A stretch of 64,000 nucleotides of DNA from Candidatus Omnitrophota bacterium (GCA_018817165.1 JAHITY010000124.1:33973-97972), one strand, 5' to 3'. Counted from the stretch's first letter, positions 27,688 to 37,500 are shown. Notes: a model not told the origin generated them from the sequence alone. Translations and numbers: made by a program.

Positions 27688-29416
27688 TAAAACTTTAATT
27701 TTTAAGGTTAAGTTGGCAGTAGTAGTATTTGTTTTGATTCTGGGAGTGGCATCTTTTATTGCTGCTAATGGGGTTAATGAGATGCAGGTTGAAGATGCGG
27801 GTGAAGGTAATATCAGCGTTGAGTTTAAAGACGCGGATATTCATGATGTTTTCAGAGTATTAGCTTTAAAAGGTAATGTGAGTATTGTTTCAGACCCGGA
27901 TGTTAAAGGTCTGGTTACAGTTCAAATAACTGATATCCCTTGGGAAAAAGCGTTGGATGTTATTTGCCGGACATATGCCTATGCTTATGAGCGTGAAGGT
28001 AATATTATCAGAGTTACGACATTAGACAAGCAGGGCCAGGAAAATCTGGTGACCGATGTTTTTCCGTTGAATTATGCTAAAGCCGCAAGCGTAGCTTCAG
28101 CAATAGCAGAAATGCGCTCAGATAGAGGTAAAATCAAGGCAGATGATCGGGCAAACTTAATCATTGTCACTGATATCCCCACAAATATTTATAAAATCGC
28201 CCAGGTAATTAAAAGACTTGATTCAATGACTCCGCAGGTTTCGATTGAAGCTAAGATCGTGGAAACCAATATGAGTAATAGTCAAGATTTGGGAGTTAAA
28301 TGGAATGCTTCATACAGTGCTGGATTGTCCACTCGTCCAACTACTTTTCCTTGGCCTGCTAATAGCGCCGGAGAGGCATATAGTAATTTCTTACCCAATG
28401 GGGATGATGCCGCGACCTTTCATCCCGGAGCTACTTCATTTCCTTTAGCTCAAGCTACTCAATTTTCCTATGGCATTCTAGATGGCAGTGCCTTCAATGT
28501 TCTGCTTGAAGCGATTCAAACCAGGGGCAAAACTAAAGTGCTTTCAAATCCCAGAATTACAACCTTGGATAATGAACCAGCAGAAATTCATGTGGGAACA
28601 GACTGGCCGATTGCTAACTATACATATAATGAGCAGACAGACAGATTTGTTATTAGCGGATGGGAATATAAAAGTTACGGGATTTTATTAAAAGTCACAC
28701 CAACGATTAATCAAAATGGTTATGTTACTTTAAAACTGCACCCAGAGATCAGCGATAAAACAGGTGAAGTTGATTTTCAAGGCGCGATTGTTCCGGTGTT
28801 AAGCACTCAGACATCGGATTGTACTGTAATGATTAAAGATGGCAATACTTTGGTTATTGGCGGATTAATAAAAGATAAAGTTGTGACAACTAAAACTAAA
28901 GTGCCTTTTCTCGGCGATATTCCGATATTAGGATTATTGTTTACCCATAAATCTGAGGAAATAATTAAAAATGATCTTTTGATTTTCATTACTCCGCATA
29001 TTGTGCAAGAGGAAGCTTTGGCTAAGCGTCAGGAAATAACCAAAGCCTTGGATGTGCAAAGACTGGTTAACCTTGGTGATGATGATAATTTAGTCGAAGT
29101 CAGCACCAAGGCAAAAGCAAAAGAAGATAGTTTTATTGAAGGAGAGATGTTTGTTGATAAGCCGCAGGAGGAAGTTATTATTCCAGCGGTGGTTCCGGCA
29201 GTGGAAATGGCCCAACCAAAACCTGTTGTGAGCAAAGAAAAAATAATGGTGATTGACGAAGCCGAATTCAGTCCTGAATCAGTAATGGAGACGTCTGAAC
29301 CTGCGAAGCCTGTGACAAAAATGCAAAAACCGGTTGATACCGCAGTTGTTGCCGATACGGATGAAGAAAAAACTGATAAAAAAAACGCTAATAAAGGTTT
29401 TTTCTTTAAAAAATAA
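27677..29416 (+). CDS. pilQ: Type IV pilus secretin PilQ with low-complexity acidic C-terminal tail
   Basis: Secretin domain signature (VPFLGDIPILGLLF...DLLIFITPHIV). N-terminal signal/TM. C-terminal ~130 aa E/K/P/V-rich tail. Confidence 0.9.
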   Translation: MGNDKTLIFKVKLAVVVFVLILGVASFIAANGVNEMQVEDAGEGNISVEFKDADIHDVFRVLALKGNVSIVSDPDVKGLVTVQITDIPWEKALDVICRTYAYAYEREGNIIRVTTLDKQGQENLVTDVFPLNYAKAASVASAIAEMRSDRGKIKADDRANLIIVTDIPTNIYKIAQVIKRLDSMTPQVSIEAKIVETNMSNSQDLGVKWNASYSAGLSTRPTTFPWPANSAGEAYSNFLPNGDDAATFHPGATSFPLAQATQFSYGILDGSAFNVLLEAIQTRGKTKVLSNPRITTLDNEPAEIHVGTDWPIANYTYNEQTDRFVISGWEYKSYGILLKVTPTINQNGYVTLKLHPEISDKTGEVDFQGAIVPVLSTQTSDCTVMIKDGNTLVIGGLIKDKVVTTKTKVPFLGDIPILGLLFTHKSEEIIKNDLLIFITPHIVQEEALAKRQEITKALDVQRLVNLGDDDNLVEVSTKAKAKEDSFIEGEMFVDKPQEEVIIPAVVPAVEMAQPKPVVSKEKIMVIDEAEFSPESVMETSEPAKPVTKMQKPVDTAVVADTDEEKTDKKNANKGFFFKK

Positions 29417-29507
29417 AGAACAGGATCACTTTTAGATCCAGGCAAAACAAAGATATAGCACTTTTAAATTTGGGCTAAGTTTTTGTTTTGCCTGTTGATA
29501 GGATTTA

Positions 29508-29813
29508 ATGGATACTTGTAAAATAAATGTTAGTTTTAGCAAAAAGGGAATCCTGCGATATATTTCGCATCTTGATTTTATGAGATTGATTTATCGGGCA
29601 TTAAGACGCGCGGAATTGCCTTTTATGTTAAGCGAAGGTTTTAATCCTCGGCCAAAAATTAAATTTGGGCAGGCTTTAAAATTAGGAGTTCCCGGGATTA
29701 TGGAAGTCGTATTTTCGTTGAAAACACCAATTAGTTTGGATGAGTTTAAAACGAAAATGCATCATCAGTTAACAGAAGATATAAGGATACTAGAAATTAG
29801 TTATGGAAAGTAA
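29508..29813 (+). CDS. Short radical-SAM-linked (DUF2344/TIGR03936-like) protein
   Basis: YISHLDFMRLIYRALRRAELPFMLSEGFNPRPKIKFGQAL resembles the family that usually flanks RNase E/G. Only 101 aa. 11-bp overlap with rng. Confidence 0.45.
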   Translation: MDTCKINVSFSKKGILRYISHLDFMRLIYRALRRAELPFMLSEGFNPRPKIKFGQALKLGVPGIMEVVFSLKTPISLDEFKTKMHHQLTEDIRILEISYGK

Positions 29814-31317
29814 AGAGATTTTAATAAGTGTAGATGAACAGGAAAAGCGGGTTGCTATTCTTGAGGAAAGCAAACTTGAGGAATTTTTTCTGGAAAGAAC
29901 AGCTATCCAGCATTTGGCGGGAAATATTTATAAAGGCAGGGTAGCGCAAATTGTTAAGGGTATGGAAGCGGCTTTTGTGGATATGGGCTTGGCGAAAAAC
30001 GGTTTTTTGTATGTTCAGGAATTGCTCCCGGAAAAATTTAGGGCTGATGAATATGCTGTGGAGATAGATGAGAATGTTGTTGAACTTGCTACTCCTGCGC
30101 CAAAGGTAAGTGAAGAAAGAGTAAGAATTGAAAATTTATTGAGCAAAGGACAGGAAGTATTAGTGCAGGTAGTCAAAGAACCTTTTGGAACTAAGGGTTG
30201 CCGCTTAACCAGTCATATTAGCTTGCCTGGAAGGTTTCTCGTGCTTATGCCGTATAGTAAAAATATTGGTATTTCTAAAAAAGTCACAAATGAAAAAGAA
30301 CGGGCAAGACTTAAGCAGCTGCTAAAGGATATTGGCTTACCCAAAGAAATGGGCTGTATTGTTCGTACCCAAGCAGTGGGAATGGGTACGAATGAATTTA
30401 AACGTGAATTAAAATATTTACTAAGGTTGTGGAATACAATTCAAAGCAAATCAAATAAAAGTAAAGCTCCGGCTTTGATTCATGAAGAATATGATCTTGT
30501 TTTAAGAGTTGCTCGCGATATTTTCAGCGAAGAAGCGAAGACTCTGATTATTGATAGTAAAGATGATTATAAACGAATAATGAGTTTTATCAAGGCTTTG
30601 GCTCCGCAATTGCGTAATCGGATAAAATTATATAAAGACAAAATGCATTTGTTTGAAAAATTCGATGTTGAGTCTCAGATTGATCAGATTTATGCGCAAA
30701 AGATTGCTTTAAAAAAAGGCGGCTATATTGTTATTGAGCGTACAGAAGCATTAGTCTCAATTGATGTTAATAGCGGCAGTTTTGTTAATCGAGGCCGCTT
30801 GGAAGAAACAGCATTTTTAACTAATTTGGAAGCTGCCAAGGAAATTGCCCGTCAGGCTATGCTTAAGGATTTAGCCGGGATTATAGTTATTGATTTTATT
30901 GATATGCAGAAAAATTCACATCAGAAGAAAATATTACAGGTTTTGACAAAAGCTTTGGAAAAGGATAAAGCTCGTTCAACAATTTATCCGTTTTCTCCCT
31001 TGGGATTAGTCCAGATTGCCAGGCAGAGAATTCGGAAAAACATTGAAAGTGTGATTTTTCAAAAGTGTTCTATATGTGATGGTACCGGGAGGTTGAAAAC
31101 AACGCAATCCGTTGCGATTAAAGTGCTAAGGCAAATAAATAATTACTTAAGAACCCATAAAAAACGTTATCTTGAGGTTAAAGTTAACCCTAAAATAGCA
31201 TTACGGTTTTTAAATGAAGATAGATTGGCAATTATTAATATGGAAAAGAAATTATGGGTAAAAATAGCTATCTTTACTGATGAACAATTAGGTATTGAAG
31301 ATATAGTTTTTTTATGA
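29803..31317 (+). CDS. rng: Ribonuclease G/E family endoribonuclease
   Basis: S1 domain (GNIYKGRVAQIVKGMEAAFVDMG). DNase I-like catalytic core (…SIDVNSG…IIVIDFIDM). Zn-link-like CSICDGTG. 504 aa. Confidence 0.85.
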   Translation: MESKEILISVDEQEKRVAILEESKLEEFFLERTAIQHLAGNIYKGRVAQIVKGMEAAFVDMGLAKNGFLYVQELLPEKFRADEYAVEIDENVVELATPAPKVSEERVRIENLLSKGQEVLVQVVKEPFGTKGCRLTSHISLPGRFLVLMPYSKNIGISKKVTNEKERARLKQLLKDIGLPKEMGCIVRTQAVGMGTNEFKRELKYLLRLWNTIQSKSNKSKAPALIHEEYDLVLRVARDIFSEEAKTLIIDSKDDYKRIMSFIKALAPQLRNRIKLYKDKMHLFEKFDVESQIDQIYAQKIALKKGGYIVIERTEALVSIDVNSGSFVNRGRLEETAFLTNLEAAKEIARQAMLKDLAGIIVIDFIDMQKNSHQKKILQVLTKALEKDKARSTIYPFSPLGLVQIARQRIRKNIESVIFQKCSICDGTGRLKTTQSVAIKVLRQINNYLRTHKKRYLEVKVNPKIALRFLNEDRLAIINMEKKLWVKIAIFTDEQLGIEDIVFL

Positions 31318-31380
31318 TATACTCATTTATTGTTTTTAAAATGGATAAAACTAAAAAATAGTAATTTGGAGGTGGATAAA

Positions 31381-31692
31381 GTGTACGCAATATTAGAAAT
31401 TGGTGGTAGGCAATATAAAGTTTCCCAGGAAGATATTATTGAAGTTAACAAGATCGAGCAGGAAGATAATAGCTCTGTTACTTTAGATAAAGTTCTTATG
31501 GTTGCTAATGGAGAAGACATCAAAGTCGGACAGCCTTATGTTGAAGGAGCAAGTGTGGAAGCCGAAGTAATGGCACAGACAAAAGCGCCTAAGTTAATAG
31601 TTTATAAGTATTTAAGAAGAAAAGATTCACATAAAAAAACCGGACATCGTCAGAAATTAACAAAGTTATTGATTAAGAAAATAAATAATTAG
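31381..31692 (+). CDS. rplU: 50S ribosomal protein L21
   Basis: GTG start 6 nt after GGAGGTG. (M)YAILEIGGRQYKV. The track ORF's TTG-extended 5' part (MFLKWIK...) is discounted. Confidence 0.9.
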   Translation: MYAILEIGGRQYKVSQEDIIEVNKIEQEDNSSVTLDKVLMVANGEDIKVGQPYVEGASVEAEVMAQTKAPKLIVYKYLRRKDSHKKTGHRQKLTKLLIKKINN

Positions 31693-31778
31693 AGCTAAAT
31701 AAATTAATTTTTAAATCAGATTAATATTGAAAAACATGATTTATGATTAAATCATGCAGTGCTAAAGGAGATATATCG

Positions 31779-32021
31779 ATGAGTACGAAAAAAGGACAAG
31801 GTGCCAGTAGAAATGGCAGAGACAGTAATTCAAAACGCTTGGGATTAAAACGTGCTGGTGGTCAAACAGTTACAGCAGGCTCAATTTTAGTCAGACAATG
31901 CGGTCAGAAATTCAAGCCCGGTAAAAATGTTGGTATGGGCAGAGATTATACTCTATATGCTGAGGTTGCTGGTAAGGTTTGTTTTCCTAAGCCAAAAGTC
32001 ATCAGTATTGATACAAATTAA
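31779..32021 (+). CDS. rpmA: 50S ribosomal protein L27
   Basis: [29 protein letters not shown]...[10 protein letters not shown] matches the L27 consensus (MAHKKGGGSTRNGRDS.SKRLGVK). Start at the internal ATG of the track ORF. Confidence 0.9.
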   Translation: MSTKKGQGASRNGRDSNSKRLGLKRAGGQTVTAGSILVRQCGQKFKPGKNVGMGRDYTLYAEVAGKVCFPKPKVISIDTN

Positions 32022-32037
32022 GATTGGTTGATGGGTC

Positions 32038-33024
32038 ATGTTTGTTGACCGAGCTAAAATTTATGTTCAGGCTGGAGACGGTGGAAAAGGCTGTGAAAGC
32101 GAGTATTACAAAAAAGGCTGGCGTCATGCGCGCAGAGATGGTGGAGACGGCGGTCATGGCGGGTCAATCATAGTTAAAGCGGATGTAAATGTACATACTC
32201 TGCTTGATTTCCGTTATCGACAGCATTTTAAAGCCCAGTCTGGAAAACATGGTGGTAGTGGTAATAAACGCGGGGCCGATGCTCAGGACTCAATTATTCT
32301 TGTTCCCCCAGGCACGATTATTCGTGATGCTAATAATGACTGTTTGATTAGAGATTTAGATAAGGCTAATGAGCAGGTTATTGTAGTCAAGGGTGGTAGC
32401 GGCGGTATTGGAAACTTTAAAAGACAAGAGTCGACTCCAGGTAATCCCGGCGAACAGGTTAGGGTAAGTTTTGAGCTGAAATTAATTGCTGATATTGGTT
32501 TAATCGGATACCCTAATGCTGGAAAATCTTCCTTTATAAATAAAATTTCTAATGCTAATTCAAAAGTTGCTCAATTTCCCTTTACAACATTAAGTCCAAT
32601 ACTCGGAGTTGTAAACTCTTCTGTATCAGAATCCAGGATGATTATCGCGGATATTCCGGGTATTATTAAAGATGCGCATCAAGGTAGAGGATTGGGCATT
32701 GAATTCTTGCGGCATATTGAACGTACCAAAATATTATTGTTTGTAATTGATATGGCGGGAGTTGACGGCCGCGATCCGATTATTGATTATGCTGATCTTG
32801 TAAATGAATTGCAATCTTATGATCATATGCTGTTAAAAAGACCGCAATTAATAATTGCTAATAAAATGGACTTGGCTGAGGCAAAAGAAAATTTAATTAA
32901 TTTTAAGAAAAGTGTAAGAAAAAGAATCTATCCGATTTCCTGTCTTGAGTCTCTGGGAATTGAAAAAATAAAAGAAGCTTTGTTTAAAAAATTAGGAAAG
33001 TTCGAGCAGGAAAACAGTGATTAA
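32038..33024 (+). CDS. obg: GTPase Obg/CgtA
   Basis: Obg fold N-terminus MFVDRAKIYVQAGDGGKGC. G1 GYPNAGKSS, G3 DIPG, G4 NKMD. Confidence 0.9.
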   Translation: MFVDRAKIYVQAGDGGKGCESEYYKKGWRHARRDGGDGGHGGSIIVKADVNVHTLLDFRYRQHFKAQSGKHGGSGNKRGADAQDSIILVPPGTIIRDANNDCLIRDLDKANEQVIVVKGGSGGIGNFKRQESTPGNPGEQVRVSFELKLIADIGLIGYPNAGKSSFINKISNANSKVAQFPFTTLSPILGVVNSSVSESRMIIADIPGIIKDAHQGRGLGIEFLRHIERTKILLFVIDMAGVDGRDPIIDYADLVNELQSYDHMLLKRPQLIIANKMDLAEAKENLINFKKSVRKRIYPISCLESLGIEKIKEALFKKLGKFEQENSD

Positions 33025-34120
33025 GCTAGAGAAGAACGCTATAATAGTGATAAAAGTCGGATCAAGTATTTTAGTTAATGATTCCGGCAAGCTGGATATG
33101 GTTAAACTGCAATCAATTACCAGTATGGTAAGCGGATTGAAAAAAAACGGTTATAATGTTGTTCTGGTTTCTTCTGGCGCGATTGCTTGCGGAATGGAAA
33201 AACTGGGGCTTACGCATAGACCAAAAACCATAGCGGAATCTTCTTGTGCCGCGGCTATTGGGCAAAGTCTGCTAATGTTTGATTATGAACAGTTATTTCG
33301 GAAGTCTGAACTTATTTGTGCCCAGCTATTGTTGACTTCAGATTGTTTGGATAAACGTGACCGGTATTTGAATGCGCGAACGACGATTTTGCATCTTTTG
33401 GAAAAGGGCAATGTTGTTCCGATTGTAAATGAAAATGACGCAGTGGTAACTGATGAAATTCGTTTTGGTGATAATGATAAGCTTTCCGCTAAAGTTGCTG
33501 TTCTGATTGATGCCCAGCTTTTAGTTATTCTTTCTGATGTAGACGGGGTTTATGATCCTGATGGAAAAGTTATTGACCAGATCGCGGAAATCGATCAAAG
33601 TGTGGAGAAATTAGCAGGTGATACATCGCGGCAAACCAGTACTGGCGGAATGATCACTAAATTTGAAGCAGCTAAAATCGCAACTAATGCCGGAATACTA
33701 ATGGTGATTGGCAATGGACGCGATGTGAATCTAGTTCAGAATATTGTAGACGCTAAACAGATTGGCACTTGGTTTATTCCGAAAAAAGAAAAAATTTCCG
33801 GAAAGAAAAAATGGATTGCGTTTAGTTGTAAGAATTGCGGAAAAATTATTGTCGATGATGGAGCAAAAAAAGCTTTATTGGAAAAGAAGACTAGTTTATT
33901 AGCAATTGGTATTATTGATATTGAGGGTAAATTTTCTTTTGGTGATTTGGTTGTAATTTGTGATCAAAATAATAATGAGATAGCCAGAGGTTTAACCAAT
34001 TATTCTAATCAAGAACTTGCTAAAATTAAAAAGGTTAAGACTGCGGATATTGAACAAATTTTAGGTTACAAGTCTTATGATCAAGTTATTGATCGCGATA
34101 ATCTAGTTGTAGTTAGATAA
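33017..34120 (+). CDS. proB: Glutamate 5-kinase with C-terminal PUA domain
   Basis: Amino-acid kinase fold (VIKVGSS...VVLVSSGAIA). C-terminal PUA. 367 aa. Followed by proA. Confidence 0.9.
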   Translation: MIKLEKNAIIVIKVGSSILVNDSGKLDMVKLQSITSMVSGLKKNGYNVVLVSSGAIACGMEKLGLTHRPKTIAESSCAAAIGQSLLMFDYEQLFRKSELICAQLLLTSDCLDKRDRYLNARTTILHLLEKGNVVPIVNENDAVVTDEIRFGDNDKLSAKVAVLIDAQLLVILSDVDGVYDPDGKVIDQIAEIDQSVEKLAGDTSRQTSTGGMITKFEAAKIATNAGILMVIGNGRDVNLVQNIVDAKQIGTWFIPKKEKISGKKKWIAFSCKNCGKIIVDDGAKKALLEKKTSLLAIGIIDIEGKFSFGDLVVICDQNNNEIARGLTNYSNQELAKIKKVKTADIEQILGYKSYDQVIDRDNLVVVR

Positions 34121-34153
34121 TATATTAATTACAGGGAAATTTAGGAGGATTTA

Positions 34154-35410
34154 ATGTCTTTACAGTCTGAACTTATATGCATCGCTAAACAGGCGCAAAA
34201 GGCAGCTAGATTTTTAAGTATTGTTACTACTGAGAAAAAAAATAAGGCAATTAAAGCAATGGCTAAAGAATTGCTTAAACATAGCAAGGCAATCATTGCT
34301 GCTAATAAATTAGATATTCAATCCGCAAAAAAAGAAAAAAGAAATTCCGCTTTTATTGATCGACTCAGTCTTAATCAATCAGGGATTAAAAAAATGAGTG
34401 CTGACTTGATTTCGGTAGCTGATTTAGCTGATCCGGTATCAGAAGTGATTAAAACCTGGGAAAGACCTAATGGCTTAGTCTTGAGTAAAGTCAGAGTGCC
34501 TTTAGGCGTTATCGGGATTATTTATGAGTCTCGGCCAAATGTTACCAGCGATTGCGCGGGTTTATGTTTGAAAACCGGTAATGCGGTTATTCTTCGTGGA
34601 GGCAAAGAATCAATTCATTCTAATCTCGCTATTTATAAAGCAATTTCTCAGGCATTGAAAAAAACCGGTTTTCCTCAAGGTTGTATCAGTTTGATTAAAA
34701 CAACTGATCGCCAGGCGGTAAATGAACTGCTTAAACTTAATGATTATATTGATTTGATTATTCCGCGAGGTGGAGAATCTTTAATCCGCAGTGTTGTCGA
34801 GAATTCGCGAATCCCCGTGATCAAGCATTATAAAGGGATTTGTCATACTTATGTTGATAAATATGCTGATTTTGCTATGGCCCAAGAGGTCGGGTTTAAT
34901 GCCAAAGTGCAAAGACCTTCGACTTGCAATGCGATGGAATGTTTGTTGGTGCATGCTGATATTGCCCTAGATTTTTTACCAGATATGATAAAGCGTTTGC
35001 AAAAATCTGGTGTGGAAATCCGAGGCTGTGCTAAAACCGCGAAAATTATTCCTGGAATAAAACTTGCCAGTAATCAAGATTATGCTACGGAATATCTGGA
35101 CTTAATCTTGAGTGTGAAAATTGTCAGTTCCTTAAAACAGGCAATTGATCATATTGCTAAATACGGAAGCAAACATTCTGAGGCAATTATTACTGATAGT
35201 CGGCTCAATGGAATAAGTTTCTTGAAATCAGTAGACGCGGCTTGTGTATATCTTAATGCCTCTACCCGTTTTACGGACGGAAATCAATTTGGTTTGGGCG
35301 CGGAAATCGGGGTAAGCACTGATAAGCTTCATGCGCGCGGTCCGATGGGATTAGAAGAATTGACAACTTATAAATATATTATAATGGGTAATGGACAAAT
35401 CAGGACCTAA
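34154..35410 (+). CDS. proA: Gamma-glutamyl phosphate reductase
   Basis: Aldehyde-dehydrogenase-like with ProA motifs (VIGIIYESRPNVT..., catalytic Cys region STCNAMECLLVH). 418 aa. Confidence 0.9.
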   Translation: MSLQSELICIAKQAQKAARFLSIVTTEKKNKAIKAMAKELLKHSKAIIAANKLDIQSAKKEKRNSAFIDRLSLNQSGIKKMSADLISVADLADPVSEVIKTWERPNGLVLSKVRVPLGVIGIIYESRPNVTSDCAGLCLKTGNAVILRGGKESIHSNLAIYKAISQALKKTGFPQGCISLIKTTDRQAVNELLKLNDYIDLIIPRGGESLIRSVVENSRIPVIKHYKGICHTYVDKYADFAMAQEVGFNAKVQRPSTCNAMECLLVHADIALDFLPDMIKRLQKSGVEIRGCAKTAKIIPGIKLASNQDYATEYLDLILSVKIVSSLKQAIDHIAKYGSKHSEAIITDSRLNGISFLKSVDAACVYLNASTRFTDGNQFGLGAEIGVSTDKLHARGPMGLEELTTYKYIIMGNGQIRT

Positions 35411-35990
35411 AAAACGTATCGGGATTCTCGGGGGGACTTTTAACCCCATTCATTTTGGTCATTTGGCAATTGCTGCTGCTGCGCTGGAACAGGTGGACCT
35501 TGATCTGGTGGTTTTCATTCCAGCGCATCTTCCTCCGCATAAGAATCCTGATAATATAATTGAGTCAAAACTGCGTTATAAAATGATAGAGTTGGCTACC
35601 AAGATGTGTAAGTTATTTATAGTCAGCGATATTGAAATTAAAAAACAGACAGTTTCGTATTCAATTGAGACATTAAAGATAATTAAGAAAAAATATACGC
35701 AATCTGATTTATTTTTTATTATTGGTTCAGATTCAGTGCCGGAATTAAAAACCTGGCGCTTGATCGATGAAATTTTTAAACTATGTAGTTTTGTGGTAGC
35801 TAAACGTCCTAATTCGCTAAGATTTGATAATGCTGATTTGCCTGAGAGTGCGATAATTTTAAACGGAGTTTACCCGAACATTTCTAGTACTGAGATTCGT
35901 AAGCGGGTAAAACTGGGTTTAGCAATTAATGATTTTCTGCCACAAATTGTTAGTGAATTTATTAAGCAAAATAAATTATACGCGGTATAG
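35391..35990 (+). CDS. nadD: Nicotinate-nucleotide adenylyltransferase
   Basis: GILGGTFNPIHFGH (the H/T-x-G-H nucleotidyltransferase motif) and ISSTEIR. 199 aa. Confidence 0.85.
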   Translation: MDKSGPKKRIGILGGTFNPIHFGHLAIAAAALEQVDLDLVVFIPAHLPPHKNPDNIIESKLRYKMIELATKMCKLFIVSDIEIKKQTVSYSIETLKIIKKKYTQSDLFFIIGSDSVPELKTWRLIDEIFKLCSFVVAKRPNSLRFDNADLPESAIILNGVYPNISSTEIRKRVKLGLAINDFLPQIVSEFIKQNKLYAV

Positions 35991-36041
35991 CTTATTATGA
36001 ATTGTTTTGAAAATAATTAAAATCAAACGAAAAGAAATAAA

Positions 36042-37046
36042 ATGGATTCACATCTGACTTATACATTACCAATAATTTTAGTTATTTTGGTTGTTTTATC
36101 TGCTTTTTTTGCAATGTCAGAAGTTGCTTTCGTTAGTTTGAATAAACTGCGATTGCGGCATTTACTCAGTCAAAATCGGAAAAATGCTTCAACTGTTGAT
36201 CGAATTGTAAAAAAAATGGATAAACTAATCACCACGATTTTAGTTGGTAATAATTTTGTAAACATTGCTATTTCCGCTATTGGCACAGCGATTTTTATTA
36301 AGCTTTGGGGAAACAACTTTGGCTCAATTGCGATTTCAACTGTTTTAGTTACCTTGTTGGTGCTTTTTGCTGGAGAAATTACTCCAAAAATCTTTGCGGT
36401 AAAACATTCTGAAAAAGTCGCGCTGCATGTTGCCTGGCTAATGGACTTAATCATTAAAATTCTTTCTCCAGTTGTCCGGGTTTTTTTGTATTTGAGTAAT
36501 CTCTTCCTTAAAATTTTAGGAGATGAACCGCCTAAACGTTCCCCTTTGGTTAGTGAGGAAGAAATTCGAGTGATGATCGAGATCGGTAAAGAAGAAGGAG
36601 TTTTAACTGATAGAGAAAGAAACATGCTTCATCGGATTTTTGAGTTTGGCGATACTTTAGTTTATGAAGTTATGATGCCGGTTGATAAAATTGTCGCGAT
36701 TGATATTAATTCTAGTGCTGATGCTATTCTTGATATAATTGTCGAAGAAGGGCATTCTCGCATTCCAGTATTTGAAGGAGATATTAATAATGTTGTGGGA
36801 GTTATCTATGCTCGGGAATTGCTTACTATTTGGCGGAATAAAGATTTGATCATAATTCGTGATCTGCTGCATCAGCCGTTTGTGGTAAAAACAAGAATGC
36901 GGGTAAGCCAGCTTTTGCATGAATTTCAAAGAATTCATATTTATATGGCGATTGTTAAGGATGAAAATAACTTAACTCAGGGGTTGGTGACTTTGGAAGA
37001 TTTGATTGAGGAAATCGTGGGTGAAATTGAAGGCGATGTTAGCTGA
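36042..37046 (+). CDS. DUF21-CBS pair membrane protein (CorC/HlyC/CNNM family transporter-like), lacking the CorC C-terminal domain
   Basis: Four N-terminal TMs (DUF21), then two CBS motifs (RIPVF..., MAIVKDENN...). 334 aa. Confidence 0.7.
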   Translation: MDSHLTYTLPIILVILVVLSAFFAMSEVAFVSLNKLRLRHLLSQNRKNASTVDRIVKKMDKLITTILVGNNFVNIAISAIGTAIFIKLWGNNFGSIAISTVLVTLLVLFAGEITPKIFAVKHSEKVALHVAWLMDLIIKILSPVVRVFLYLSNLFLKILGDEPPKRSPLVSEEEIRVMIEIGKEEGVLTDRERNMLHRIFEFGDTLVYEVMMPVDKIVAIDINSSADAILDIIVEEGHSRIPVFEGDINNVVGVIYARELLTIWRNKDLIIIRDLLHQPFVVKTRMRVSQLLHEFQRIHIYMAIVKDENNLTQGLVTLEDLIEEIVGEIEGDVS

Positions 37047-37086
37047 TTTAATCAGCTATAATGAAATTTAAAAAGGAGATGAGCTA

Positions 37087-37500
37087 GTGGATAAAGTAAG
37101 AAAGATTATTGAACTTGCCGAATCAGTGAAGGCGGAGGATATTGTTGTTTTGGATTTACGCAAGATATGTACTTTTTGTGAATATTTTATAATCTGTACA
37201 GGGACTTCTTCAACGCATATTAAAGCAATAGCTGATCAGGTAAATTCAAAATTAAGAGATTTTGGATTTAAAGCCCATTCTCAAGAAGGTTATCAGGCAT
37301 CTCGCTGGATAGTATTGGATTATGCTAGTGTGCTTGTGCATATTTTTGATCAGGAAACCCGTGATTTTTACGCTTTAGAAAATTTGTGGAGCAAAGGTAA
37401 AAAAGTTGATTTAAAAAAATCTGAGTTAAAACAAAAAGAAGTAAAGAAAAAGGAAGTAAAGAAAAAGGAAGTAAAGAAAATGGAGCCAAAGAAAAAGTAA
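37087..37500 (+). CDS. rsfS: Ribosomal silencing factor RsfS (Iojap family) with lysine-rich repeat C-terminal tail
   Basis: Iojap-like core (VVLDLRKICTFCEYFIICTG...LDYASVLVHIF). Tail ...KKEVKKKEVKKKEVKKMEPKKK. Confidence 0.8.
   Translation: MDKVRKIIELAESVKAEDIVVLDLRKICTFCEYFIICTGTSSTHIKAIADQVNSKLRDFGFKAHSQEGYQASRWIVLDYASVLVHIFDQETRDFYALENLWSKGKKVDLKKSELKQKEVKKKEVKKKEVKKMEPKKK
37437..37481 (+). repeat. Three tandem copies of a 15-bp unit (gaagtaaagaaaaag) inside the rsfS 3' end
   Basis: Direct reading: gaagtaaagaaaaag gaagtaaagaaaaag gaagtaaagaaaatg. Encodes the (EVKKK)n tail. Confidence 0.6.

Noticed and set aside
31330-31380. TTG-initiated 5' extension of rplU given in the ORF track (MFLKWIKLKNSNLEVDK...)
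   Set aside because: GGAGGTG sits 6 nt before the GTG at 31381, and L21 proteins begin at MYAILEIGG. The extension is non-coding leader.
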